This document shows positions 11,581-24,706 of a stretch of 64,000 bases of DNA, in pieces. Source of the stretch: Octopus vulgaris (Eukaryota); assembly GCA_951406725.2 (NCBI GenBank), contig OX597824.1:61504001-61568000 (forward strand), written 5' to 3'. The notes under the pieces are model-generated. The model ran no database searches. It was not told the origin of the DNA and saw only the letters and a program-made list of their open reading frames with translations. A program made the position numbers and the translations under genes. Each line of letters opens with the position of its first letter. Position 1 is the first letter of the stretch.

Positions 11581-14500
11581 GACGCAGCTTTGAAGAAATA
11601 CACATCTTATCTCTCTGTCTGTTTGTCTGCCTGTTTGTCTATCAATCAATCTATCTATCTGTCTATCATACAGACATATATATGTATATATATATATATA
11701 TATATATCTGTATAATATGTATACACGTCCACACAACCGCGCGCGCGCACACACACAAACATACACACGCACACCCCTCCCAAACGTACACAATATATAC
11801 ATATTATCGTGGACTACATACCAATGTAATGAAATAAATTATTTAAGGAAATGCGATAGCATTTAATACTTTAAAGATTAGATTAGCTTGTAGATTTTTA
11901 CCTTGCCAGCTTCTATTATAGTTTGAAAGTCGAAACTAAGCACCGAATTACTTATACTATTTACATTTAACCTTAAGGAATTGTGAACCCAGAAAGCAAA
12001 TCCTATTACTGTAATATTATTGATTGTGTCGTAGTCATCGTTGTTATTGATAATGTAGGGCCTAAGGTCAGGCCTATTCAGACAGATTGTCCGGCCGTGA
12101 ACTGTTCGTGTTTTATCTCTATGTAAGACTATTTTTTTGCTATGGGTTCTTTCTTTCTAAAAACATATTTTTATGATTTATGTGACCATGTAGCTGTTCC
12201 GTTGTTCACTATAATGTTGTAAAGTTGTTGATGCTTTGCCATAAGTCAGCCTCATCGACCACACATATAACCGAAGGAATTTCACCCATAACCATTGTTT
12301 TTTTTTTCAATATCTAAACCTAGATTTGTCAAATGTGTCTTTCTTTTTTTAAGACGGATGCATACGATTTTAGGAAGCTTTGTCAGGGTATTTTATTCGG
12401 GTACCGACCACTTAGAGACTCCACCTTGGCTTCCACTATATAATTTATACCGTCTCCACCACCAAAACGAGTCGCAATTTTTGCGAAAGAAATTATATAT
12501 TTTGTCAAATCATTGCCTTCTCATTTCGTTGACATTCGTACGTGCTTTCACACTTACTGTATTTATTTATTTACTTCTATGTCCAATTAGAGTGCTAGGT
12601 GTTTTGTTTTAGAATTTACATTACCGAAGATTGAAATAATGCAACTGTCATTATGTTTGTTTTTTACATATTTCAATTAATGTTTGATGCACCATAGCAA
12701 AGTGTTGTTCATCATGTTAAATTGTGTAATATTTATTATTTGTCTATCAGCAAAAACAATTACTGGAAATTTGCTTTTAGTTCTTTGTCAGTCGGACGAA
12801 AGAAAAGCAAATAAATACCCACAAGACGACGTACAGATTGTTTATCGCCTCTTTGCAGTAAGCGCGACTGCTTCTATTTACGTAGTAATTTTGTTCGAGG
12901 TGATGTACAAATTTCTCTTTTGTTTAAAAGCATTCATTATTAGAAAATCTTCAATTCGTTTCACTTGTTGGTGGATTGCTGGAAGGTGGAGGCTAAGGTG
13001 AAACAAAAGAAAAATAATTTCAGGAATTGCAGTACTTCTGACCATGTTGATATTGCTGACAAGTATCTGTTAATACACACATGCGCAATATAGACACGCA
13101 CGCGCACTCACACACACGCGCACTCACACACACACACACACACGTAAATATAGACATACGTACACACATATATGTTCATTTCATATGTATGCATATGTAT
13201 GTGTGTGCGTTTGTTTGTGTTGTGTGTATGCGTGCGTGTGTGTGTATGTATATGTGTGTGTGTATATATATATATGGGTGTGTGTGTGTGTGTCTGTTTG
13301 TGTGTACAGCTTTATATTTATATACAAATGTACATTATATGTATCAGTATATGTATAGCAGGCAATGCATCTACAGACTTTCTATACCGGAAGAATGGAC
13401 GAATAAATTTTGACATTCTAAGTGCAAAAGAAATTCTGAAAGCTTTACTATAGATGACAAAGCACAAACTCAGCCGAGAGAATTATTCAAATGATTTTTC
13501 TTTCCAAATTTTTGTGTTACTTATTTATTGCGGGAGTGGTATTATTTACGTGTTGCAATTATGGTGCATGTTTGAGGCGAAGTTAGCAGACGTGTTCATA
13601 ATATTTTCAGTTTTGAGTGCCTAAATGACTCAATATTTTTCTGTAGTAGAATCAGTTGTTGATCTGGTGGAATGATCCTTTTCAATAGACATGTAGAAAA
13701 AGAACGAGATTCAATTCAGTGCGTGTATCGAGGTAGCATATTTACTGATAAGAATAACTTCCCAAGATGAAACAATTGAACTGAAGACAAATTCAGCATT
13801 GCATCGTTTAGCTAGAACTTACAATCTTAATTTCACTTAATCTCAATATTTGTTTTTATGATACATATCCAAACTATGAGAATTATTTAGTCATGACTAT
13901 TCTTTATAATAAACAATGTAACTTCAGATGATTCGTTGAAATAGTAGACTAATTTTGGAGTGGGCACGAAGGTAACAAGAAATTGACGTCGATATTTATT
14001 AATCTAAAAATTTGTAGAGAGAAATTTTCATCTGAAAAACTAATTAGCTTGAGCAGGATTCAAAATTTATTTTGCGTTTCTTTTGTGGTCAACAAGAAAA
14101 GTTACCACCGACAATAAACTAAAACAGAAACACTGTCAGAAGTAATCACAACTGTTATTATTACGTTGCTGCTCTTCAGTCATAGTGAAACGATTGAACA
14201 TATTCTTGCCGTCGCTGTCAGATATTAAATAACTTGACTAAAATCACTTCAACCTTGACGATCTCATCGTTTTAGGGATATCTAGAACTTAACATAAAAT
14301 ATCCTACCGGAAAAAGAAAAGAAAAAACTGTTGTGGGATAGTTATAAGTGAATTTGGTTTCTATTTCCAGCAGCTTGTCTCACGTAGAAGAAGCTCCCAT
14401 TTTGGTTTGTAGGATGCGAATATAATGGTAGATCTGTTGCTACACCCATTCTATTGTAAAATTCCTTTAAGAGCCCTTCAACAATATTCTATCAGGGAAG

Positions 14501-14806
14501 TATTTCCAAGGAATTAAATGATTAAGCTAAATGATAAAAGATATTGCAAAAGAAATATTACCAGAGGAAGTATTAAAAGTTATGAGTAATGAAATGTCTT
14601 TTTCTTTTCTTCTTTAAAACACAATTTTATTGACGTCTTTTTACAGTTTTATCTCCTCGAAAACCATAGTGCGTATATTCTCTTCTTTGCTTAGAATGGT
14701 TTAACTAATGTGACCAAAAACCGACTAATAATACTAACCATTGCTTCGGCACAAAAATTCGACAATTATTTGTGCATCATAAAATATGTAAAGTACCATT
14801 GGAAAT

Positions 14807-14838
<32 letters not shown>

Positions 14839-16344
14839 TGTATGTATGTATGTATGTATGTATGTATGTGTGTATGTATGAATGTATGTATTATCATCAT
14901 CATCACTGTCCGTGTTTCGTGCTGGCGTGGGATGGACATTTCGACAGGATATGGCTAGCATGTGTCGGTTTCTAATGTCGCCTTTCGCATGGGTTCTTGT
15001 CTTAAAACCAACTGCTTTATAGAGTGTATGTGTGCATGATGGTGTTGATAGTTTTCGACCATATTTTAGTATGAAAGTATTACAGTGTGTAAATTAGAAA
15101 CATATGTGAGCGGGAAGCAAGCTCCTGGCGAGTCGAAAGTATAAGTGTATTTTAATTTCTTGTTGAAGTCAAATAAGTTCACATATACATTAAATGTTCT
15201 GGAGAAAAGATATGAATGTTACAGCAGACAATTCTCTTTAGAAATATGCGTCATTTATGCCTGGAGAAAAGTTTAACCAATATTACTTTAGTTTTTACTA
15301 AGTATTCATAGATATTCAAATACAAAGTGTCTATTGACACAAAAGAGAAAAAGCCATCCTTTGTGATGTAAAATTTGGCTCCATGGAATATGTGAGGTCT
15401 TTACGAAGCAATATCGGTGACTGTTAAGTCTATAAAGCAAAATGAGATTTAATTTGTGAATTGTTTATAGGTTGAAAGGTTATACTATAATATTTTATTT
15501 TGATACAGTATATAATATCTTATTTTGATGCTATTGAAAGATAAAACAGCCAGGTCATCATTGAAAGGTATCTTGGGAAGAGTTAGTTAATAGAAAGGAA
15601 ATAAAAGTGAATACTTATGATGTGTATAGAGAGAAAAATTGGCGACATAAAGATGTAACTGGATGTCTTTTATTTGTCTGCCGTTATACGTAGTTATCAG
15701 CATCGCTTCATGTTTTCTTGTATAGTTTTGTCATAAGCTGCCACCTACCATAAGTTTATATAATAATGTTCACACATTGGAATAAAGACTGATTTTCCTT
15801 CTGATATTTATTTCCATTACAACAGCAAATTTCCAAGTAATCATTTAGAAAAGTTAGTTTATGGGATTCATAGGATTCAGTTCCTTTCAGAATGAATAAC
15901 GCTTCTTGGATGATAAAGTACATTGTCAGTGTTTTTGAGAAAATCAGGAGTAATGAATTTCAAATGTTTTAAAGAAAGGTTCAGTTGTGTTCTACTATGA
16001 TTTAAAAATTGTTTTCAGATGTTCAGTATATCATGAGATATTCGGTGAAAGAGAATAATGAATGAGGTTCTATGACCTTTCTAGAAATGAAAGCTAATAT
16101 TTCAAAATCTATTGCCGTACCTCACTCAGTGGATCCTTTGACAATGGATCACCGATTTTCCCATAGTGACTGATTTTAGCAAATAATTCTACACAATCCA
16201 TTTCTCAAAATTTAAGTAAGCGAACATGTTCTAAATTCTAATTCGAAATACATAATGTTTCATAATTTCCTTGCAGGAGTGGCAGGCATGTTTTGCATTA
16301 AATGTACGAATGGATAATCATGTACAATCTATAAATTTTGCAGC

Positions 16345-18085
16345 TAATTCTAGAAATAGAGTAGAAAGGGAATCAGTTAAGATTCTGGAAGAGGCAATGG
16401 GGTCAGGCTCTGCATCCAGAATTTCAGCAGCGAGGTTGGCACTCGACCAACATCTCAAAGCTAAACACGAAGGGTGCATTGTCAGGGTTAATTTACGAGG
16501 TGATCAACGTCACCGGATGGGCCTGCGTAGTAGAGAGCTAACGCGGCAACAACGCAACAATAAGGTCTTTGAAGAACAAATATATAATCGATCAGTAAAT
16601 GAACTCGAGGAGATGTCCAAGGTGTTTCATGAGCATTCCACCCAGCTTTTCAGGAAGGGCGGTAGATTTTCCGCGTCGTGGGTTTTCCGCGTCTCTTGGG
16701 GGGCGGGAAGCGGAATGCTGTGAAGGACCGATCACAGCTGCGGAGGTGGAAGAGGCATTGTCGGACTGCAGCGAGGACAAGTCGCCGGAACCTGGTTTGT
16801 CAAGTTTCGCTTTTTCTAGCACTTGTCTCACTTTCCCCCTTAGTTCATCTCCCTGAGCTTTTGGTATCTTTATGGCTATCTCTTCAATGGGGGCTATTAT
16901 GTCCAAATATGGAATGCGCTTGATGGTTGTCGCAAAGTTGAGACCTTTGTTTAGTACTGCTTCTTCAGAGCTTTCTAAATGTCGGTTACTTAGATTACTG
17001 CTTTCACAGGTGGGTGACGGACTTCAGTCTTCATTCTCTGACCTTTGAGTTCCATAACTTCTTAATCTCGTGTATCTTCACCATTTCACATTCTTTCATA
17101 TACGACTTTGCTAGATCTTGTTGGATTCTCTTTCTATCATCATCTCTGGTTATTTTCCTGAGTAATGGAGACATCGTTGTGTCTTGCCCCGATTCGTGGC
17201 CGACCAAGTTGGAACGCATGCTCTTCCGTTTTTTTGTGGGAGGGAAGGGCACCTCATGTAAGGCGCTCTATCTGCTGCCAGACCCACTGAAAGGTGGGCT
17301 AGGGATGCCGTGGTTAAAATACACAGACATGCACTGAGGCTGAAGCACCTCTGGCTCTACCTGGACGGTATGCAGGTGCGGTCTCCGTTCGCTAGACAGT
17401 TGTTTCCAGAGTTCACCTCGTTTATTGAACTGGACCCATGGATTAAGCGTAGACCACAGTTGGGAGCTTGGCACGCAGAGTGTCGTCAGACACTCGTGAT
17501 TCTCTCCCAAGCGGGCAACGCAGGTGGCGGGGGTTCCGCCGCGTTCTTTTACAGAGGGTTAGTAGAGTTTAGATGTGATGCCCTGGGAGAAACCCTGGGC
17601 TTCGATGACAATCAGCTCGCCAGCCTGTTCCGAAGAACATTCGGGCCAGAGTCTTTGGACAATTTCCATAAATCCCTGTTCGGGACAAACTCTTTAGGCA
17701 TGATGCTTCGCCACGCCAACTTGTCCAAGATGCGGTCAGGACAATGAAACTGTCCTACACGCAATTGTGCAATGACCGAAGATATCAGAACTTTGGGTTT
17801 ATGTCGAACAACTGTTGTCGCATCTGAGAAGAGTACGACTGTCAGCCAAATCTATAATTAAGATTGTTCCGCAGTCTTCCCTCAATAGTGAAGAGCAGGT
17901 TTGTTTCCTTTGCGTAGTAGCTACCTCGAAGGAGGTAGTGTGGAAGACGAGAGTGAAAGGGATCATAACAGGTACTTTCATCTCCAGCCTCGGGTTGGTG
18001 AACTTCTCCCTTTTCCATATGAAAAGGAAAATATGGATCGAGAGGAGATGCCTGTCTCACGGAATATTTCGAAAGAGATGTAAAT
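16345..18085 (+). mobile_element. decayed Tx1/L1-clade LINE ORF2 remnant with RT core missing
   Basis: CEGPITAAEVEEALSDCSEDKSP (pre-RT), PLKGGLGMP, C-terminal CxxC...ETVLHAIVQ zinc-knuckle remnant, KEVVWKTR. Confidence 0.8.
16790..17185 (-). mobile_element. Penelope-like element N-terminal fragment, antisense within the Tx1 remnant
   Basis: Minus strand SEEAVLNKGLNFATTIKRIPYLDIIAPIEE...KVRQVLEKAK; the LxKGLNF motif precedes PLE reverse transcriptases. Confidence 0.75.
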
Positions 18086-19765
18086 GAACCTATTTGAACG
18101 AGAAATTAAAGAGTCTACCAAAGGATTCAGTGTTGGAATGGGTCGGCTACGTACCTCACTTCGTAATATATATATTTTTTCATTCATTTTTGTTTCTTAT
18201 CCGAATTTCATACTTATTTATCATCGATTATAAGTTCCATTCGTCTCCTGACCTCTTGTCTGTCCTAGTATCGTCCACTCGATTTTTAAAAATCTTTACG
18301 GTTAATAAAGAAAAGAGATTATCAAATACTTCAAAAGTAGAAGATTTTGACTTCGCATCACTTTCGGAATTATTAAGTGATGTGATACAGCCACAACTAT
18401 ACGTTGGGAATCGCTGCTGCCAAAAGGCTTAGCATTAGTATAATTTCATGTTAGAAATATTCTTGAAGCATTCCAAAGCAAGTTAACAATGATTTCCCTT
18501 CCAAACTTTATAAACCAGAAAAGATAGCTTGTTAAATTCTCTTGTAATGTTAAATATCATTTGCCATTAACGTTCAAGCTGAAATTAGTATTGATAATAA
18601 ATGATTATATTTGAAAGAATTAATGAGAATTTCAGAGACATTTGACTCAAGCTTGCATTCATTTTCTAAGGAGGCTTTCTATATAATTCTATATAAATGT
18701 TCGCTTTTAACATTTTCTTGCGAGGCAAATATTCATAAATATAACGTATCCTGTAGTCCATCGAATCAATCCCTATATATTACAGCTACTAATTTAATCG
18801 ACATTAACTCTTTTGTTACCGTATTTCTGTTGAGCTGCTTTGTGTCTCTTCAATTAATTTTAGATATAACAAAGAATTTAGTAAAATAACTTAGTTATCA
18901 ATAAGCTAGTGTTAGCAACATAAATCGTGACTAAGGTTTCGTGGAAGATTTTAATTCAGAACTTTTGAAAACAAGACATTTATACTACAGAGCCAGAGGC
19001 GGTTTTACTTACAGTAATGTATTTAGTCTTTTAATTTTAGGCTTATCTAATGTCAAATTGCTGACGTTGTATAAATGTGCGAATAAAGAAAATAGGATTA
19101 ATTTGTTTTAGTAGACAATAAACGGACAAATGACAAAGATTTATGACTTAGGCACAGGGCCAAATTTTGTAGAAGATGAGTGAATTGAATCTACTCCAAC
19201 ATATCAATAGTGCCCATGATATACGCCACCGCACACCGAAGGATTCTAATGATGAACATATATTTTCTTTTCAAAAGAAACAACACATATGAAAGAAGAA
19301 ATGTAATGAGAACTTCGCAGATTAAAAATAATACATAGAATCAAGAAGCTAGAAGAAATGATGCATTGCTCAAAACCATGTATGTGCGTATGTATGTGAG
19401 TAATTGAATGAGTGAGAGTGTGTGTTAGTGAGTGAGAGAGTGAATGTGTGAGTGAGTATGTATGTGTGCATGTAATTACATATATATATATATTGGCCTG
19501 CTCGCTTAGCCAGGGGGTGGCGTCATTCGAAGGCTAAAACAATGCGAACGCATTGTGACCAGCGATGTGTTGCAACATCTGATGGTCTGGTCGGTCACGT
19601 GACGTGATATATATATATATATATAAATAAATGTGTGTGTGTGTGTGTGTCTAAGTTTATGTCTATGTGTGTGCGCAGACATATAGATACATTCATACGC
19701 GTTGTGTATGACTGTATGTATGTATGTATGTATGTAAGCAAACTTTTAAGCATATATGTGTATAT

Positions 19766-19816
19766 ATAGTACAAATATATAGAGAAACAAAGAAGACAGG
19801 TGTAGGAACAACAAGC
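19766..19816 (-). mobile_element. last ~50 nt of a PLE-family 3' terminus
   Basis: GCTTGTTGTTCCTACACCTGTCTTC...AACTA-like end matches 31394-31445 (+) and 58036-58089 (-). Confidence 0.75.
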
Positions 19817-19911
19817 AAAAATATGGAACGCTTCACGAATTTGAGTGTCATCCTTGTGCAGGGGCCATGTTAATATTCTCTGTATCGTTCCAGTTTTAGA
19901 ATAAGTACTGC

Positions 19912-19912
<1 letters not shown>
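19817..19912 (-). pseudogene. U6: U6 snRNA retrocopy lacking about 11 nt at the 5' end
   Basis: GGCAGTACTTATTCTAAAACTGGAACGATACAGAGAATATTAACATGGCCCCTGCACAAGGATGACACTCAAATTCGTGAAGCGTTCCATATTTTT; ACAGAGA box intact, AGC triad mutated, (GT)n upstream instead of a promoter. Confidence 0.95.
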
Positions 19913-19954
<42 letters not shown>

Positions 19955-20415
19955 TTATAAATCAGTATTTATTTACTGGATAATAAAAACATTCCTGACC
20001 TCTACAATATGACTACAACTAGTATCCTTTTATTTTCTAATATAATCCCCTACTATGGCTAGATGGCAACATCTGAAAATTACTCTCTTAGCCTGATCAG
20101 GTCCATAAAAACCCCATATCAAATTTCGGCACAGTAGCTGGACAGTATCTAGCCTATATACAGTGCCAACTTGTTAATGTGTGTTGACTTGACTACAAAC
20201 ACTAATGTTTTAGCGCTGCTCCTCTTCCAAATTTTAGTAATACAATGTCCCTATTTCTAGTAAGTGACTCCTATACTATCCCCTTACCTCTTTCCACCCC
20301 TTTGTAACCTGTAATCCTCTGTTATCTATTCTACTTACATCTGTCCATCTCCTTCTCCTCCGCCTTTCTCATATAATAACCATTCCTTCACTGCTCTGCT
20401 TGTTATAACCAGAAA

Positions 20416-20540
20416 TGGCTCTGATGAAAGTAGCATCGATTTTCTTAGGTCGTTCAATTTTCCTTCATTGATCAATAGACTAACTGAGTAAACTTATCAG
20501 TGATGTTCCTATAATGACTACTGGGAACAGCTGTAAGCCA
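20416..20540 (+). ncRNA. type-I hammerhead motif with very long loop II, at a PLE-type 3' end
   Basis: TGGCT-CTGATGA-A-AGTAG...CTACT-G-GGAA-CAGCTG-TA-AGCCA; palindromic ACAGCTGT stem III; GAAA mutated. Confidence 0.7.
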
Positions 20541-21179
20541 AATTTGCTACAATAAAGGAAAATATGTAATAACTATTATTTTAAACTTGTTTCTTATATA
20601 TCACTCTGTGTTAAAAAAAAAAAAAACGGAGTTCGTCTGATGCCCATCCACGGATTTACAATATAGAATCGTGATGAACCATAAACTTGGACCCTACTAC
20701 TTGGAGTGTTATTACTTGGAGTTTTTCACTAATCTAAGTAACAGAGAGCTTATGAAATATTTTGCCCTGGTGGATAATCTCTCAGTGTTTACTACCTTGT
20801 TTTCGTATACATTTGATGCTTTTTCCCAAGGAATCTAATGCTCTTAGCTTAGTTTTTCCTTGGGGCTGGCCAGATTGGAGCAATCTCAAGATTAATCAGC
20901 CGAAATTGCGAGGATGATCCGGTTCTTGACTGAAGATAAAAGGCTTCGAATGACCCGTCGTTGTTTTTTGTATCGTCTATCTGGATGTTTTATTGTCCTT
21001 TTTTGTATCACCTAGTTGTCCGGATGTTTTGCGTTCTTGTCCCATTTTGTATTTTATATATATATATGTGTATGTGTATGTGTGTGTGTGTGTGTATAAT
21101 TGTTAAACGGGATACCAGACATGAAGGCAATGCAAACATCTCAAGTCATATGCAATACTATTATAAGAAGAAATTCAAA

Positions 21180-21235
21180 ATCCTACAGCTCTTTCTAGGA
21201 TATCCCCAAGTATAGGATATTCCGTCATCAGAGAC
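21180..21235 (-). ncRNA. type-I hammerhead motif
   Basis: GTCT-CTGATGA-C-GGAATATCC..GGATATCC-TA-GAAA-GAGCTG-TA-GGAT. Confidence 0.75.
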
Positions 21236-21363
21236 AGATACGAGAAAAATAGGGAAAAAGAGAGTGGTATATTTTAATAGGATGACGAAATAGAGGAAGG
21301 GAGTAAAAGAATAGGGAGATGGAAAGAAAGAAGAAAGAAGAAGCAAAAATATTATAGAAACCA

Positions 21364-21470
21364 GAGCATGAGTCCTTCGGTGCAATCCTGCGTAGCTCCA
21401 TGAGCGTAAGTCGTTAGGTGCAATCCTGCGTAGTTCCATGAGCGTAAGTCCTTAGATGCAATATTGCGTA
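21364..21470. repeat. 38-bp tandem repeat, about 3 copies
   Basis: CATGAGCGTAAGTCGTTAGGTGCAATCCTGCGTAGYTC repeated. Confidence 0.9.
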
Positions 21471-21514
21471 TGTTATAGGAGGCGTCAAATACAGACAAAC
21501 ACATACATATGAAG

Positions 21515-21690
21515 ACCTTATTTCAGTTTCCATCTACAAAATCCGTTCAGAAAACTATGATCGGCCCGGGGCTATTGTAGAAGATATTTGCACAAAGTGC
21601 CACAGAGTGACACCTCGGCAAGTGTTTTCTGCTGGGGAAGCAGGCACTTTGAGAAGCAAACATCGTAGCACACAGCTATGTCTGCAAATT
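21515..21690 (-). mobile_element. decayed SINE fragment
   Basis: Homologous to 61165-61310 (TTTCAGTTTCC...GGCTATAGTAGAAGACA...GTGCCAC). Confidence 0.6.
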
Positions 21691-21696
21691 AACAAC

Positions 21697-21759
<63 letters not shown>

Positions 21760-21827
21760 GTATACATTTTCAGAATAAGATAAAAATCCAAGGCTGTGAA
21801 AATTTTTAGAACATTTATAAATAGAAG

Positions 21828-21875
21828 GTCTTACGGGTGTTTCTGGGATATTTTATATATCCTTTCATCGGAGAC
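21828..21875 (-). ncRNA. degenerate type-I hammerhead motif
   Basis: GTCT-CCGATGA-AA-GGATAT ataaa ATATCC-CA-GAAA-CACCCG-TA-AGAC; same family as 21180-21235. Confidence 0.65.
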
Positions 21876-22403
21876 AGTGTAAGAAGATGGTTAAGCAATA
21901 GTTATTTTAGATAAGATATGAAATGGAAAGTGAAGTGGAGGAATGAAAATAGACGTGAGATATGCAGGGATATTGCATCTGTAGATCCATTATTTAGGCA
22001 GTATGGTATACATATAAGATTCCAATACCTTGTGAGTAAGTTCCAATAGTATTTAAAATTGGTCATTCCAAGTATAGAGTTTGTACACAGTGTTATTGAA
22101 TCGACGGTTTTATTTAAAGTGACTTAAAATCGAGGGATTTTCTTTAAAGCGACTTAAAAGTTGGGACTTCCCAACTTTTAAGACACTTTAATGTCCCCGT
22201 GTACATTTATGCCTAAAATTGTGTCTCGGTAAAGATCCAGAATTTTAGCTGTCATCTTGTTACATGCTTGTCTGGCTAAGAAATTATTATTATTATTATC
22301 TCAACTAACACTGCATAGTTCCTGAAGTAGATCCAACAGAAAAACTGTGTCAGTTTCTACTGAACACTTCAACACACAAATCGACATACAGTCATAAGTT
22401 CAA

Positions 22404-22464
<61 letters not shown>

Positions 22465-22465
22465 A

Positions 22466-22547
<82 letters not shown>

Positions 22548-22548
<1 letters not shown>

Positions 22549-24706
22549 AAGCTGGCTGAGAAATTTACTAAAATACTAGCAGAACCAGAGACATTTCCCA
22601 AATCCTACAAAATTACAGACCAATAACTTTTCTCCCTACAATGTACAAAGCCTTTACTGCAATAATATCACAGAGAATGGACAAATACCTGGAAGAAGTC
22701 AATCTGTTTCCAGAAGAGCAAGAAAAGATGCTCTAAGGGCTCATATGGCTGTAAAGATCAGTTACTGATCAATAAAGCCATAACTGAATACAACCGCAGA
22801 AATAAGAAGTGTCTAAGTGTGGTCTGGATCGATTGCCGAAAGGCTTTTAATAGTATTCCCCACACATAAATCCTAGAAACACTAACCGTGAACAAGATAG
22901 CACCAATACATGGCATAGATTACTACAACTCCAGACAAGAGAGGGACAGCTAAATACCAAATCCATCCCCATTAAAAGAAGACTATCCCAGGGAGACACG
23001 CTTTCTCTGCTTCTTTTCTGCTTGACACTGATACCTTTATCTAACATGCTAAATAGAACTGCATGTCCATACAACTGTTTCGGCAAATTAATCAGCCATC
23101 TCTTTTATATGAATGACATAAAACTGTACGCTACAAATGATAAACAGCCGGAAACACAACTACAGATAGTATATGAATTTACTACAGAAATAAACATGAA
23201 ATTTGGCCTAGAAAAATGAGCCAAAGCAACCTTGAAAAGAAGAAAACTAGTTAAGAGTAGTAACATCACACTAGATAAAGAAAATGAAATAAGAGAATTA
23301 GACCAAAGCCAAACATGATAATACTTAGGAATCAATGGACTAGATACGATACAACAAACCCATATGAAAGAGAAGATAAAAAAAGAATACTATAGATGAG
23401 TCAGACTAATACTGAAAAGAGAGCTCAATGCGAAAAACAAGATAATAGGTATTAACACTCTAGCCGTCCCAGTTATAACTGGACTTTAAATGAACTAATC
23501 GAAATCGACAAGAAAACAAAAAAATAATAATAATGACAGGATTTAAGATGCCCCACCCAACATCTGACATAGAAAGACTATATATACAAGGTATCGAAAA
23601 TGGTAGAGGCCTTAAACAGCTAGAAAACGATTACAAAATAACCACCATAGGACTACAGAAATACTTACTTCAGAAGTAAGAAAGACTAATACAAATAGTA
23701 ACAAAACACGAATAAAACAAAAAACTGTTTTCAGTCTTTAAGGAAGCTGATGAATACAAAAAAGAAATCATACCACCTAACAAATATGAAGAAAAAGAAG
23801 AAACAACAAAAGCTGTAAAACAACTTAAATCCAAACTAAAACTGGAACAGCAACGGATAGTGATTAAACGATGGCAAGAAAAGCCACATCATGGCAAATT
23901 CTGGGTTAAACTGAATAGAAAAGAAAATTCTAACAATGACTGAGAAACTCAGGACTCAAAGCAGAGACTGAAGGATTTCTAATTGCACAAAAGATCAAAG
24001 TGTTCCCGCCGGAAATCACCAAAAACACGTAATGAAAAGAAATACATGAATATGTGGATATCGAGAAGAAATAATAAATTAATAAATCATATTGTCTCTG
24101 GCAATATGATTCATTATTTATTCCTTATATATATATATATGGAATATATTCACAGACGCGATAGAGTTGGAACCTAGATATATTAGAAGCTATACCAACC
24201 TTATCGAATAACAAGAGACATAAAATGATATAAGCACACGTCAGAAAAGGTCAGAAAATATGAGTAAGCAACCATATGCTAATACACACAGATAGGGAAA
24301 TTAAGGCCTATAGGCCGGATATAGTTGTCAGAAATCATAAAAAAAGTGCTTTCTAATCGACGTATCAATATCAACAAATGACAATGTTTCTCTAAAAGAA
24401 ACGGATAATCTTTCAAAATACAAAAATCTGGAAATAGAGATAACTCGAATGTAGAGCCTAAAAACAGTAACAATTACTATCATAGAAGGTACATTAGGTA
24501 TGAAGAAAAATATTCAGATAAATACATAAAAAACACAAAGACTAACAAGTATATATAGAACATAGAAAATAAAACTACTAGGCACCGGACACATCCTACG
24601 CAAAACACTTTCATTACAAAGCAAAATAAGAATACCACAACAAACTACAGCACATACCCAAGTCACACATAGTAGTGCAGTGAAAGCGCATGATAAAAAT
24701 AAGACT
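22548..24706 (+). mobile_element. R4/Dong-clade LINE, 5'-truncated and decayed
   Basis: Homologous to 28372-30195; RT (QGDTLS, HLFYMNDIKLY) and REL endonuclease (HRRDRVG, RPDIV) remnants; same 3' UTR. Confidence 0.92.

Noticed and set aside
12684-13453. Possible host exons (VLCQSDERKANKYPQDD...FA|gtaag; AGNASTDFLYRK...)
   Set aside because: Plausible splice signals but no recognisable homology or exon chain; needs RNA-seq
16018-16340. AG/GT signals suggesting small exons
   Set aside because: Stops in all frames and no homology
19817-19912. Functional U6 gene
   Set aside because: 5' stem truncated, catalytic AGC changed to AAC, no upstream PSE/TATA
21364-21470. CRISPR-like 38-bp repeats
   Set aside because: No spacers, no cas genes, eukaryotic context
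22152-22182. Hairpin CTTAAAAGTTGGGA-c-TTCCCAACTTTTAAG
   Set aside because: Likely a local inverted duplication in a decayed repeat; no functional evidence
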